Below the pieces are notes generated by a model. The model saw nothing but the letters and a program-made list of their open reading frames with translations. It was not told where the DNA came from and did not search any database. DNA of 64,000 nt from an uncultured Thermoprotei archaeon. Its GTDB lineage: Archaea > Thermoproteota > Thermoprotei > Thermofilales > B15-G2. Position numbers and translations under genes: made by a program. The DNA is taken from the NCBI GenBank assembly GCA_965367815.1, contig CBDUKN010000001.1:32001-96000 (forward strand). Reading direction: 5' to 3'. Numbering within the stretch: position 1 is the first letter of the stretch; every line of letters starts with the position of its first letter. Shown in pieces: positions 9,082 to 18,768 of this stretch.

Positions 9082-11110
9082 CCCATAGGACGAGAATTAC
9101 TACAGCTAGAAGAATTACTAAACCTAAAAACGTGTAGGTGAGGAAGGATGAGAGTCTTCCAGTGTGTGCTTTCCTAATGAATCCTCCTAATTTAACTGCT
9201 CCATCGGCTATGATGTAATTAAGAGCGTCGAGAGCTCTGTCTACCAAGTAAGTTAGCGATGAAATAGCTTTTGCTAAAAGAACACTTCCAGTGACCTGTA
9301 CAGCATTGAGTGCTCTTTCTACATACCAGCTGGCGGTACTACATACTTTAACGAAACCTCTTGCCAATATTTGTTCGTAAAGGTAATCGAAGTAGTATCC
9401 GTTGACGAGTACAGTATTAAGTTTTCTAACAAATCCATATTTGTAGAATAGTTCTGGCGGATATTTTCTAGCTCCGTACACTGAATGCACTATTCCTATT
9501 GCTATCAAGGCTAAGAGAGTAGACATTACTGGGGTTATTATGTTTTCTTCGCTATGAGCATGTTCAATTAAGTAGACTGTTATGAGAGATTTTTTGAGTG
9601 GTCCAAAGAAGTGTTCAAAGAGTCCTGAAATTATAGCACCTGCAGCTAATATTAAAAGGGGTATAAGCATTACTGGAGGCGACTCGTGTGGATGATGCTT
9701 TTTCACGTGTTCGCTTTCAGGTACGAGAAATGTTAGATAAATCATTCTGAAAGTGTAGAATGCTGTAAGGAAGGCTGTTATAGTTAAGAGTAGCGATATT
9801 ATGTATTGCCCCGATATGTTAGCTACTTCTAAGATAAGATCCTTGCTCCAGAATCCGTTAAATGGAGGTATTCCGGCTAAACCGAGGGCTCCGATAAGCA
9901 TTGTTGCGAAAGTTATCGGCATATATTTCCTAAGTCCACCCATCAGTCTCATGTCTCTGCTTTCAACTGCATGTATTACGCTAGCGGCAGATAGGAAGAG
10001 GAGGGCTTTAAATATTGCGTGGTTCTCTAAGTGGAAGATTCCAGCGTACCATCCTTCCCATTCCTCTGCAATGAATCCGGCTAAGCCCAGCGCTGAGAAC
10101 ATGTAACCTAGCTGCGAAATAGTGGAGTAAGCTAATACTCTCTTTATGTCATTAGCTACAACGGCCATAGTGGCTGAAAGGAATGCTGTAAGTGAGCCTA
10201 TCAGTGCTACGGCGAGGAAGAATTCGTGTATGGCGTGTGCTTCAATGGGGGTTGCGTAGAGAACTTTAGGGTAGAAAAGTGTCAGTGTTTCGAGCCTGGC
10301 TACTAAGTATACTCCGGCTTTGACCATTGTTGCTGCGTGAATTAGTGCCGAGACTGTAGTTGGGCCCTCCATGGCATCGGGGAGCCATACATGCAATGGA
10401 AGCTGAGCCGATTTTCCTATAGCGCCGCCCAGCGCTAAGAGTAGTATTAGAGGTAGAATATACTTTAATGCGTGCACGTGTTCCGAGAACACTAAATAGT
10501 CTAGTGAGCCTACATGGAGCATTATCAAGGCAATTCCAGCCAGTAGAAGAACGTCACCTAGCCTGGTGGTAATAAATGCTTTTATTCCGGCTTTAGATGC
10601 TTCTTTCCTTTCGTACCAGTGTCCTATAAGTATACAGGAGCATATTCCAACAATTTCCCAGCCGATGTAAAGTAGGAAGAAGTTTGCGCCAAGCACTAGT
10701 ATGAGCATACCTCCTACAAATAGCAGCAAGAAAACGTAGTAGCGAATGAGTCTTTTATCACCGTGCATGTAGCCCTTGGAGAACAAGAAGACCATGGATG
10801 ATATTAGTGAGACAACGAACACCATTACTATGCTCAATGGATCTAGTAAGAATTTCAACTCAAATAGTTCTGTCTTGAAAGGCGCGTATGTCAATGAACT
10901 TAAGTCTACCACTATGTATGCTCCTTTTTCGGCTACTTCAGTGAAGTACGTGTAGACTAAGGAGAGCGAGAACGCTAATACTATAAAGGAGACGGCTATC
11001 GCAAAAATCTCAGCGATTTTTCTTGAAGCGCGTGAAAGTAGTATTACCAGCGGTATAGCTGCAAACGGTATTATCAGTATTGATGCGGTCTCTAGACTCA
11101 ACGATAGCAT
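9074..11110 (-). CDS. nuoL: Antiporter-like subunit NuoL-like
   Basis: GKSAQLPLHVWLPDAMEGPTTVSALIHAATMV, AYSTISQLG, GFWSKD. Confidence 0.92.
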   Translation of the reverse strand: MLSLSLETASILIIPFAAIPLVILLSRASRKIAEIFAIAVSFIVLAFSLSLVYTYFTEVAEKGAYIVVDLSSLTYAPFKTELFELKFLLDPLSIVMVFVVSLISSMVFLFSKGYMHGDKRLIRYYVFLLLFVGGMLILVLGANFFLLYIGWEIVGICSCILIGHWYERKEASKAGIKAFITTRLGDVLLLAGIALIMLHVGSLDYLVFSEHVHALKYILPLILLLALGGAIGKSAQLPLHVWLPDAMEGPTTVSALIHAATMVKAGVYLVARLETLTLFYPKVLYATPIEAHAIHEFFLAVALIGSLTAFLSATMAVVANDIKRVLAYSTISQLGYMFSALGLAGFIAEEWEGWYAGIFHLENHAIFKALLFLSAASVIHAVESRDMRLMGGLRKYMPITFATMLIGALGLAGIPPFNGFWSKDLILEVANISGQYIISLLLTITAFLTAFYTFRMIYLTFLVPESEHVKKHHPHESPPVMLIPLLILAAGAIISGLFEHFFGPLKKSLITVYLIEHAHSEENIITPVMSTLLALIAIGIVHSVYGARKYPPELFYKYGFVRKLNTVLVNGYYFDYLYEQILARGFVKVCSTASWYVERALNAVQVTGSVLLAKAISSLTYLVDRALDALNYIIADGAVKLGGFIRKAHTGRLSSFLTYTFLGLVILLAVVILVLWGV

Positions 11111-11242
11111 GTAGTCACCCCTTTAGCACTCACAGTATCTTTCAATTATTTAAAAATCTAGCTATAGAGTAAGTATAATCTGATAAGGATCGCGCTCTCT
11201 AGTGTAAAGAGATCTATTAAACAAAAGTAAAGAATCGCTTAT

Positions 11243-12766
11243 TTATGTAAAGAAGCAGGCGAAGAGGTTCGGATACATTCCTGCAAGAACTAAAAGCGCT
11301 ACGAGTAGTATTAGTGGAGCCACTAGCTTAAGGTCGGTTTTTCCAAAGCTGGTTCCGGGGCTTTCGTAGACGCAGAAGTACTGTATTATACGTAGTCCAT
11401 AGGCAGCTGAAACCACGAATAGAAGCGCCGCTATAACAGCTACGTAGACTAGAATAGTGTTCGCAGTCGAAGCTACTGAGGATATCACGAAGAATTTCGC
11501 TACAAAGCCTGCAAGTGGCGGGACTCCAAAAACTGACATTATGCTTATCGCAGTCAACATAGTGATCAAGGGAGCTTTCTTAACTAAGCCCTTGGCTTCA
11601 TCTAAAGTATACACTCCTTTTTCTTCGACTAAGCCTATTAAGGCTACAGCTGTAGCTAGAGAAATATTGCTCACTGCAATAAAATAGGCTAATGGAAGAG
11701 CATAACTGGCCGTAGCGCCTACAGGTGGAGTTTTGGATGCAACGAAGAAGAGAGACAGCAGAACAACGTAGCCGGCGTCGGCTACAGCGCTGTAGCCGAG
11801 AATTCTTCGAAGCCTTCTTTGAGCCAGAGCGGAGGCTTCGCCTACGAGGATTGATAAAATAGAGAACACAATGAGTATTATCATCGGTAAGGTGAGTACC
11901 CCTAGTGAAACTGGAAGAAGACTGTATACTCCGATTATTCTTGCTACAGCATATGCGCCAGCAGTTTCCAGTGTTAAAACCATTAGCGGAACCGCGTACG
12001 GCTTAGAGCCTGTGTAAACGTCGGGTAGCCACATATAAAATGGTGGAAGACCTATTTCTATGCCTAATCCAGCTAAAATTAAAGCGAATGATAGAAGAAC
12101 TAAAGCTAGGCCTGTACCTTTAACTTTACTGATCAAGTTTACTACAGTATCGAAGTTAAGTATTTCAATAGACGGCCTAGCTAAAGAAGCTACAGCCATG
12201 TATACTAGTACTACCGCTACTAGCATGAATATTGACGAAACTACAGCCATGAAAATCATTTTTATCAAAGCTTCACCGCTTTCTTCACTAGTCTTATACG
12301 ACAGTACTCCTATTACGCTAGCTGTAGCAGCTTCCCACATGATCAAGAATATGAGGAAGTTATTAGATACCGTAACTAAGATAGACGTCGCTATAAGTGA
12401 CATAGCTAAAGCCACGAAATCTCCGCTTTCTTTTTTCTCGAGGTCTATTCTTTGTACTACATGGATTAGCATAAGGAAAGCTGCAGTGAGTATGATGAAG
12501 TTTATGAAGAGTGAGAGTGAGTCTACAGCAACGGCTGTGAAAATTCCTGCTCCGAAGTAAACTACTTTAGATGCACTTGAGGCGTATTGACTAAAAGCCT
12601 GATAGAAGAAAATTAGAGCCACAATGTATGTGGCAATAATCCATAAAGTGGAAAGCAGCTTTCTTCTGGCCTCAGTAAGCTTAGATGCTAACGCATATAT
12701 TATTGAAGAGGCGTATATGGAAGCTATTTCCAGGATTATACATGAAGGTATATTCATGTATATCAC
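11243..12766 (-). CDS. nuoN: Antiporter-like subunit NuoN-like
   Basis: PFYMWLPDVYTG, GVPPLAGFVAKF; position after nuoK. Confidence 0.8.
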   Translation of the reverse strand: MIYMNIPSCIILEIASIYASSIIYALASKLTEARRKLLSTLWIIATYIVALIFFYQAFSQYASSASKVVYFGAGIFTAVAVDSLSLFINFIILTAAFLMLIHVVQRIDLEKKESGDFVALAMSLIATSILVTVSNNFLIFLIMWEAATASVIGVLSYKTSEESGEALIKMIFMAVVSSIFMLVAVVLVYMAVASLARPSIEILNFDTVVNLISKVKGTGLALVLLSFALILAGLGIEIGLPPFYMWLPDVYTGSKPYAVPLMVLTLETAGAYAVARIIGVYSLLPVSLGVLTLPMIILIVFSILSILVGEASALAQRRLRRILGYSAVADAGYVVLLSLFFVASKTPPVGATASYALPLAYFIAVSNISLATAVALIGLVEEKGVYTLDEAKGLVKKAPLITMLTAISIMSVFGVPPLAGFVAKFFVISSVASTANTILVYVAVIAALLFVVSAAYGLRIIQYFCVYESPGTSFGKTDLKLVAPLILLVALLVLAGMYPNLFACFFT

Positions 12767-13074
12767 CCTTTAAGCTTACTCATTTCATCAGGAGATTTCA
12801 CCTTAAACTTCCTGTAAATAAGCATTATACATGCTAAAAGTATTCCAGTTATACTTGAGTCAAGGAATACCAGAAGCACGATGAATGTTTGACCTACTAC
12901 TATACCTAGATAGCTACTAGAGAAAAGCAATATTCCTAGTAAAACCATCGCTGAAAGCACTATAATTTCAAGTGAGATTAGTATTTTTGCCCAGTTTCTC
13001 TTGGATAGTAGTCCATAGATTCCTACGGCCATCAGTATTACGCTAAAGTATAGATACGTGTTTAAGTAATTCAT
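12763..13074 (-). CDS. nuoK: NuoK-like membrane subunit
   Basis: 3 TMs, GIYGLL..RN..KILISLE, C-terminal LKG. Confidence 0.85.
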   Translation of the reverse strand: MNYLNTYLYFSVILMAVGIYGLLSKRNWAKILISLEIIVLSAMVLLGILLFSSSYLGIVVGQTFIVLLVFLDSSITGILLACIMLIYRKFKVKSPDEMSKLKG

Positions 13075-13520
13075 TTCTTCTCACCCTCTTTAATGATTAC
13101 TCTAAGGCTTAAAGCTAAAGCTAAAATAAAGACTCCGTGAGCTAAGATAAGAGGAAGAGCGCTTTTATGTAAACCAAGTATCATTTCGGGAACTTCTCCT
13201 CTTAATTCAACTCTACTAAACACTGCTAGAAGTGTTAAAGCAAAGATAGAGGCTACTGTTAATCCTAGAGATTTTTTCTCTCTTTTTTCTTCTCTGGCAA
13301 GAGAGTATAGTGTAGCAATAAATGCGAAAGAGCCTAAGCTGAGAGCTAGAGCCATTAATGCTAATGCTAGAAGCTGAACATGAATCATGAATCCGGCTAA
13401 TGATATGCTGAAAACTACGAAATATAGTAGAGATCTAGGAGGTCTTTTCTCTTCAATTGCCATTACTGCTGAAAATAAGGCTGTTATTCCTAATATTATA
13501 GATACCGCGACATTTATCAT
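13071..13520 (-). CDS. nuoJ: NuoJ-like membrane subunit
   Basis: Hydrophobic ~5-TM protein between nuoI and nuoK. Confidence 0.65.
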   Translation of the reverse strand: MINVAVSIILGITALFSAVMAIEEKRPPRSLLYFVVFSISLAGFMIHVQLLALALMALALSLGSFAFIATLYSLAREEKREKKSLGLTVASIFALTLLAVFSRVELRGEVPEMILGLHKSALPLILAHGVFILALALSLRVIIKEGEKK

Positions 13521-13909
13521 CGTCTAACACCTCTTTTTAAAGGCTTGACCTTTTCTTTAGGAGTAACTATCTTTAGGGTATCTTTATTATATGTAGCTAG
13601 CTCAAATTCTCCTGAAGGCTTTATTGCACCGAACCTGCATGCTTCGATGCATTGGTGACAGAAAATGCAACGGTCTAAGTAGAATATGGGAATTCTTCTC
13701 TTTACTTCTTGAATTGTTATCATTTCAATTGCGCCGCTAGGACAGTAAATTGCACAGAGTCCGCAGCCTACACATTTATCTACATCGTAGACTATTTTCC
13801 CTCTTATATTATGTGAAGGCTTCGGAGGCTCGAATGGGTACTGCTCTGTTACAGGCTTCTTAAAAACTGATTTAATTACAGCCGGAATTAGTTTCGGGAC
13901 GACTCTCAT
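13517..13909 (-). CDS. nuoI: NuoI-like 2x[4Fe-4S] subunit
   Basis: T.QYP, CVGCGLC..YCP, CIFCHQC..AC. Confidence 0.9.
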   Translation of the reverse strand: MRVVPKLIPAVIKSVFKKPVTEQYPFEPPKPSHNIRGKIVYDVDKCVGCGLCAIYCPSGAIEMITIQEVKRRIPIFYLDRCIFCHQCIEACRFGAIKPSGEFELATYNKDTLKIVTPKEKVKPLKRGVRR

Positions 13910-14895
13910 AGTATTACACCCGGTAGAGCTTTAATAATAAATAAAATAGATAGAGAAAGGAATGATAGCGGTATTATGTATTTCCAGAAAATATCTAGCA
14001 GATTATATATTCTGATTCTAGTAGAGGCTGCTTCTATAGCGAAAAGCATAAAGAGAACGAGCATTGCTTTAATGAGCATTTCGATAGTGCTAAGCGGCAC
14101 AAATATAGCTGAAATCGGGGGTATGAGAACGCCGAAGAATAATGAAGCTGTGAAAAATGATACATAAACCATCTGAATATCTCTGAAAAGATCTAGGAAG
14201 GCTAGTTTTCTTCCCGAAATCTCTGTAATATAACCTGCTACTAGTTCTGTTTCAGCGTGAGGGATATCGAAGGGATCTTCTTCTAAGTCTGCCTGCTGAG
14301 AAAGCAAGAACAAGATGAATGCGAGTATATGAGGTGCTAGTAGAAGGGGATTTTTGAGAATTGTTGAGGGAAGTTTTTGAGCTATCGTCGCTATGCATAG
14401 ACTTTCTGCCTCAAATGCCGGTACAAGCGCTAATGTTATGGCAGCTATATCGAAGCCCACTATTTGTAATAAGAGTCTCACTGCGCCAGCTTTAGTGAAG
14501 GAGCTTCTGAAAGTCCATCCAACGAGATATAAGAGAAGAGAAGCCATGGATGATAAGAAGAGTACTAGTAGTAGGTCTCCTTCAAACGAGAAGATAGGTG
14601 TACCCATTACTGGGACGAAGAACAGGCTGAAAATGAAGAGCGTAGGTGCCACAAGTAGAACTACTGTAAGAAGTCTCTGGTCGCCTGTAGTGACTTCGAT
14701 GTCTTCCTTAAAGAGGAGCTTGAGGAAATCGGCTAAAGGCTGAAGAATTCCTCTAAAGCCAGTGTATGTAGGACCAAGCCTACTTTGCATTCTTGCTACT
14801 AGTTTTCTTTTGTACCATTCAAAAAATATTGCGAGCGCCACTAAGTAAGCGAGTCCGGGAAAAACTATTACCTGAATTAATTTAAAGTACTCCAT
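13906..14895 (-). CDS. nuoH: NuoH-like membrane subunit
   Basis: RKLVARMQSRLGP, QPLADFLKLLFKE, PFDIPHAETELVAG. Confidence 0.92.
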   Translation of the reverse strand: MEYFKLIQVIVFPGLAYLVALAIFFEWYKRKLVARMQSRLGPTYTGFRGILQPLADFLKLLFKEDIEVTTGDQRLLTVVLLVAPTLFIFSLFFVPVMGTPIFSFEGDLLLVLFLSSMASLLLYLVGWTFRSSFTKAGAVRLLLQIVGFDIAAITLALVPAFEAESLCIATIAQKLPSTILKNPLLLAPHILAFILFLLSQQADLEEDPFDIPHAETELVAGYITEISGRKLAFLDLFRDIQMVYVSFFTASLFFGVLIPPISAIFVPLSTIEMLIKAMLVLFMLFAIEAASTRIRIYNLLDIFWKYIIPLSFLSLSILFIIKALPGVIL

Positions 14896-14899
14896 TTTC

Positions 14900-16063
14900 T
14901 CACCTTCTCCAATATTTCTTCTTTATCTCCTCAAGAGATAGTTTCATTACTTTACCGGAAGAAACATCTATGAAAGTAAGTCTATCTGTACACGAGAAAC
15001 AGGGATCTATGGACACGAGTATAGCGGGGACATCCGCTATTGTATGGCCGATGAAGGTTGGAGCTATAGCCAGTATATTTGCGAAAGTAGGTGTCCTGAC
15101 TTTGAGCCTATAGGGCTTGACATCTCCTTTACAGAACACGTGGTGTAGGAGCTCTCCTCGAGGTGCCTCTACTCTACTTACTCCTTCTCCTGCAGGAAGT
15201 CTCGCTGGAACTCTAACTCTGATATCTCCTTGAGGAAGATGTTTTAGAGCATAGCGTATTATGTTAATAGACTCAAGGGTTTCATCAACTCTTACCATCA
15301 TGCGCGCCCATGAGTCACACTCCTTGTAAGTTATCACGTTGAATGGTATTTCATCAAAAGCTGCATAAGGATCATGTGCTCTCACATCGTAGTCTACACC
15401 CGATCCTCTTGCAGTAGGCCCGACGGCGCATCTTTCAATAGCGTCTCTCGGCTTCAGAATACCTATATCGACCATTCTTTCTCTGTAGAGAGGATCTTCC
15501 TCGAGCACTTTCTTATGGAACTTTGTGTCCTTCTCTACCTTATCCAGAATCTTCAATATTTTTTCTTTCTGAGTATCATTTATATCACGTCTAACTCCTC
15601 CAATCGTATTAAACGCGGAAGTCACTCTGTTTCCTGTGACATCTTCTATTATATCCATTATTGCTTCACGGTCTCTCCAAAGATACATGAACTCTGTCTC
15701 CCAGCCGAGAAGCTCTGCTGCGACTCCGAGAATTAAGAGGTGGCTGTGAATACGGTTTAGTTCATGCACTATTACTCTTAGGTACTTGGCTCTCTCGGGA
15801 ACTTCTATTCCGGCCATGTCTTCTACTGCCTGTACGTAGCATAGGGTATGTGCTACATTACAGATACCGCATATTCTTTCGGTTAAGTAAATATTCTGAA
15901 TAAAGTTCTTGGTTTCTGCAAGCTTCTCTATACCGCGGTGAATATAACCTATCTTAACGTCAACGTCTACAATTATTTCGCCGTCTACTTTAAATCTAAA
16001 TCTCTCAGGCTCGTGTAGAGCTGGGTGCTGAGGTCCGAAGAGCAAGTCTACAGCATACGACAT
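14900..16063 (-). CDS. Group 4 [NiFe] hydrogenase large subunit (NuoD homolog retaining Ni-binding cysteines)
   Basis: GPQHP, HRGIEK, L1 ERICGIC, L2 DPCFSCTDR plus C-terminal extension. Confidence 0.9.
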   Translation of the reverse strand: MSYAVDLLFGPQHPALHEPERFRFKVDGEIIVDVDVKIGYIHRGIEKLAETKNFIQNIYLTERICGICNVAHTLCYVQAVEDMAGIEVPERAKYLRVIVHELNRIHSHLLILGVAAELLGWETEFMYLWRDREAIMDIIEDVTGNRVTSAFNTIGGVRRDINDTQKEKILKILDKVEKDTKFHKKVLEEDPLYRERMVDIGILKPRDAIERCAVGPTARGSGVDYDVRAHDPYAAFDEIPFNVITYKECDSWARMMVRVDETLESINIIRYALKHLPQGDIRVRVPARLPAGEGVSRVEAPRGELLHHVFCKGDVKPYRLKVRTPTFANILAIAPTFIGHTIADVPAILVSIDPCFSCTDRLTFIDVSSGKVMKLSLEEIKKKYWRR

Positions 16064-16067
16064 GCCA

Positions 16068-16508
16068 TCACCTCTTCTTCCTTAAAGGGAAGTAGTCTTT
16101 CGGAAAATGTTCGGGCAAAATAAATGATTTTTTCAGCTTATCATTTCCTTTAAACACTATTCCAAATAGATCGTATACTTCACACTCATTGAAAAGTGCT
16201 CCTGGAATAACTCCGACTATTGAAGGCAGCTCGGGTTTACTTGGATTCACTTTGGCTTTAAGCACTAGTGCTACCTTTGGGCTGTACAGCCATAAATCGT
16301 AGAATACTTCAAGATAATCTATGTAATCAACAGCTGAAATCGTGGTTACATGTATATCTCCAAAAGAATCTTTAAGAGCCTTAACTGCCTTGTCCACCAC
16401 TTCAGCTTTAACTTCGACTATGTAAAGTCTATCTCTTTTCTTCTTTATGTCTACCAGGTACTCTCTTAGGCAGCCTTGCAGTTTTTCAAGGAAACTGTTT
16501 CTGCTCAT
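16068..16508 (-). CDS. nuoC: NuoC-like subunit
   Basis: E.EVYDLFGIVFKG, FPLRK. Confidence 0.88.
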   Translation of the reverse strand: MSRNSFLEKLQGCLREYLVDIKKKRDRLYIVEVKAEVVDKAVKALKDSFGDIHVTTISAVDYIDYLEVFYDLWLYSPKVALVLKAKVNPSKPELPSIVGVIPGALFNECEVYDLFGIVFKGNDKLKKSFILPEHFPKDYFPLRKKR

Positions 16509-16942
16509 TTAGCTTCACCCTTAAGCTTCTGAAGAAGTAAAACGACACCTTTTATAATAGCTTCAGGGCGTGGAGGGCATCCTGGCACGTAAACATCTAC
16601 AGGAATCACCGTGTCTACTCCTCCTTTAATGGTGTAGCCTCCTCTAAAGACTCCTCCGCTGCATGCGCATGTTCCAACAGCTATTACGAATTTGGGCTGT
16701 GGAACTTGCTCATATATTCTCTTGACTCTCTCGGCCATTTGCTCTGTTACAGGTCCTGTCACTAAGAGTACGTCTGCGTGACGCGGGGATCCGACGAGCT
16801 TTATTCCAAATCTCTCTACGTCAAATCGCGGAGTTAGCGCAGCCAGTATTTCTATGTCGCAGGCATTACAGCTACCTGTATTTATGTGATAGATCCAGGG
16901 GGACTTTATTCTAGACCATAGAGCTAGTCGATAGAGAGACAT
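16505..16942 (-). CDS. nuoB: NuoB-like / group 4 hydrogenase small subunit
   Basis: GSCNACDIE (CxxC, hydrogenase-type rather than CC), SPRHAD, GTCA, PGCPPRP. Confidence 0.9.
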   Translation of the reverse strand: MSLYRLALWSRIKSPWIYHINTGSCNACDIEILAALTPRFDVERFGIKLVGSPRHADVLLVTGPVTEQMAERVKRIYEQVPQPKFVIAVGTCACSGGVFRGGYTIKGGVDTVIPVDVYVPGCPPRPEAIIKGVVLLLQKLKGEAK

Positions 16943-16946
16943 AGCT

Positions 16947-17276
16947 TCACCTCAATATAATCAAGCATGCAATAAGCACAATCATCAAGTACAAAGATAG
17001 AATAGGGTAAAAGATAGGAGATGATCTCAAGAATATTAGAAGAAGGCCTGTTATTACAGGAACAGAATCAAAAATAGCGAAAACGAGAATATACTTAAAG
17101 TAGGTTATGGAGAAGTTATCTAAAGTAAACATTTCCCTCTCGCCGCAGGCGAAAATTCTTCTCTTGTCTCCTTCCTTAGGGTTCTTAGGAGCAAGTTTAC
17201 CTGCGGTAATATAAGTGAGAGCGAGCAGAACAAAGGTCAGTATCAAGGATATAACCATAATTAATCCTTCCTCCAT
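16947..17276 (-). CDS. nuoA: NuoA-like membrane subunit
   Basis: 3 TMs, FACGE loop, FAIFD. Confidence 0.8.
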   Translation of the reverse strand: MEEGLIMVISLILTFVLLALTYITAGKLAPKNPKEGDKRRIFACGEREMFTLDNFSITYFKYILVFAIFDSVPVITGLLLIFLRSSPIFYPILSLYLMIVLIACLIILR

Positions 17277-17415
17277 AGTCTTCCTCCACGGGGAAGAAGA
17301 GCTTAGAATACTAATAGTTAACGGTGGGTTATCTCAATAAAAGCTAAAGAATATTTACCTATAGTAAAATCTCAGCAAATATTTTGTCCAACGGTCCGCT
17401 GAATACTGTAAAACT

Positions 17416-18663
17416 CTACTTTAGCTCGATACCTTTTGTCTCTGGGAATAGCCAGATGAGAGCCGAGGCGATGTAAGCTGAAAGTGCCGCCCCCCAACTC
17501 CAGTGGAGCGAGAGCCAAGCCACTAGCACTGGACTAATGAAGTTTATTCCCCTGCCAGTGTTGAAGATAAAACCGAGAGCAGTACTTCTAACTTTTGTCG
17601 GGAAGAGTTCTGAAAGAACAGCGCCGAATCCGCTCCAGAAACCAGTGAAGAATCCTAAAAAGAGTCCTGCGGCTAGCATTAGTAAGGGGTCTTTTATTAA
17701 GAGGACGTATGCTAGGATCATAGTGGCTTCAGAGGCAGTAAATATTGTCTATGTTATTCTTCTGCCGAGCTTGTCTTGCAAATATCCGTAGGAGATGTAT
17801 CCGAGCCAAGCTCCTACTTGAGTTACTATCAACCACTCGGCGCTCCTTACTACGGTAAATCCTCTTTCTTTAGCTAAAAACACTGGAACCCAGCTCCAGA
17901 ACATCCAGTAAGAAAACATGGCTAAGACGTCTATCGCTAAACCAATCAGTGTTCTGAAGACAAGCTTCCTTGAAAAGAGATAGAGCAGGCTTATTCTATG
18001 CTTTTCTTTATCTTTACTCTGTAGCCATAGCGTAGACTCAGGCACCTTAGATCGAACATATATGACTAACAGTACAGGAATACTTGCCGCAGCAAAAGCA
18101 GCTCTCCAGCCGAATATTGGGTATATGAGAATAGTGTCTGCGATAGCTATGAGTACTCCGAGGGGCCAACCAGACTGCACTAAGCCCACTGCGAAGCCTC
18201 TTTTTTCAGCTGGGACAATTTCTGCTACTAAAGTCATGCCAGTGCTCCATTCTGCTCCCAGCCCTAATCCTACAATAAAGCGGAAGAGTATTAGCTCGTA
18301 AAAGGTTCTTGAGAGAGCTATCCCTATAGTTGCAGCACCATAAATAAGCAGTGATGTCATTAGCACTTTAACTCTGCCGAATTTATCAGCGAGTATGCCA
18401 GATCCTATTCCTCCTATAACTGTTCCTATTAGTCCCACCGATATAGCTAGCCCAAAGGCTATTCTGTCGATATTGAGCGTGGTCATTACTGGTATAGCTA
18501 ACATGGAAAATAGCATGAAGTCGAAGGCCTCAAAAGCCCACCCTAACATTACTGCTACTATAGTATGTAGTGCCTCGCCTTTTAGACTAGTTTCCTCACC
18601 GTATATCTGTGTGTCTTCTTCTCCAGAGTATAATGCATCGCCCTTAAGGCTACTTGAAAACAT
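17416..18663 (-). pseudogene. MFS transporter interrupted by one in-frame TAG at 17749-17751
   Basis: DKFGR and DKLGRR MFS motifs; the two ORFs are in one frame: ...LGRRIT*TIFTASEATMIL... Confidence 0.8.
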
Positions 18664-18768
18664 GGAACTAGTTTAGCTAAAGAAGTATAAATTCTCATTT
18701 TAAAAGTACTGTGAAAAAGAAGTTTACTGTAAGTATGCTTAAAGTATACTTTTGCCAAAAAATAGCTT

